Of a stretch of 64,000 bases of DNA, positions 63,439 through 64,000 are shown in pieces (positions within the stretch are counted from its first letter, which is position 1; each line of letters opens with the position of its first letter). Below the pieces are notes generated by a model that was given only the letters and a program-made list of their open reading frames with translations, did not search any database and was not told where the DNA came from. This DNA is from Squalus acanthias. Lineage: Eukaryota. Location of the stretch: contig CM059432.1 of the NCBI GenBank assembly GCA_030390025.1, forward strand, positions 145,330,001 to 145,394,000, in the 5' to 3' direction. A program made the translations under genes and the position numbers.

Positions 63439-64000
63439 CTGCCTTTCCTCTAACTGGCCTGCTGTGTGTCATGCATTTTCTGTTTTTATTTTATATGTCC
63501 CCAATTGCCTGGCCATTACTCTGTGATTTAGTAAGATTCTTTTATAAATATCCTTTCATAAAAGAACTAATAGGGTTAATAATTAGCTTTTTGGAATATG
63601 TACATCATGTATATCTTGTCATAATTGTTAGTATCATATTCTAGAAAGGTTAAAAATTGCAAATAAAGATGGGTACTCAATGACTTTATCCAGTGAGGAG
63701 TTGAGTCACATATACCACAAAATTCCCAGTTCAAGCCCCAGTCTGTGCTGAGTCAATCTCAGCCTGAGCTTGGCTGTGATTCCACATTACCAAAGAACCT
63801 GCCAACACCCACTGTCAGTGCTCCTAAATGAAGAAAGCAGATCCAGGCAAGCTCCAGTGGGATGCTGTCAGTACCACAGCAAGGAGACTTCAAAAGAGTG
63901 CAGGAAAGGGGAGAAAATAACTCACCATGATTGATCAACAAAGTTCTGTAAGGTTTTCTTAAATGAGCACAGCCTTCTTGCTTAGAAGACAGCACTAGGA

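Overview
Eukaryotic, repeat-rich vertebrate DNA. The repeat content (CR1, L2, RTE, V-SINE/HE1-like, Deu-domain SINEs, Penelope, Harbinger) points to a cartilaginous fish; the taxon is an inference. Two host genes lie head-to-head. EPDR1 is on the minus strand with three coding exons (24164-23878, 13393-13185, 7936-7746; 228 aa, complete). SFRP4 is on the plus strand with coding exons 1-5 at 36141-51518; I could not find its last exon, which probably lies beyond 64000. Most other ORF-track entries are transposon remnants, tandem repeats or chance ORFs. The most notable structures are: (i) several short Penelope-derived insertions carrying minimal hammerhead-ribozyme cores, one intact and one sense to the probable EPDR1 3' UTR with a mutated cleavage triplet; (ii) a full-length but decayed two-gene Harbinger transposon in SFRP4 intron 5 with two nested retro-insertions; (iii) an inverted pair of Harbinger-type MITEs bracketing the EPDR1 promoter; (iv) a near-perfect 168-bp inverted duplication; (v) a minisatellite born from a CR1 coding motif; (vi) an RTE copy with a 42-bp flanking duplication. 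I see no evidence for a wholly new gene system. Transposon boundaries are approximate unless a target-site duplication (TSD) is quoted, and family names come from recalled motifs, not database searches.
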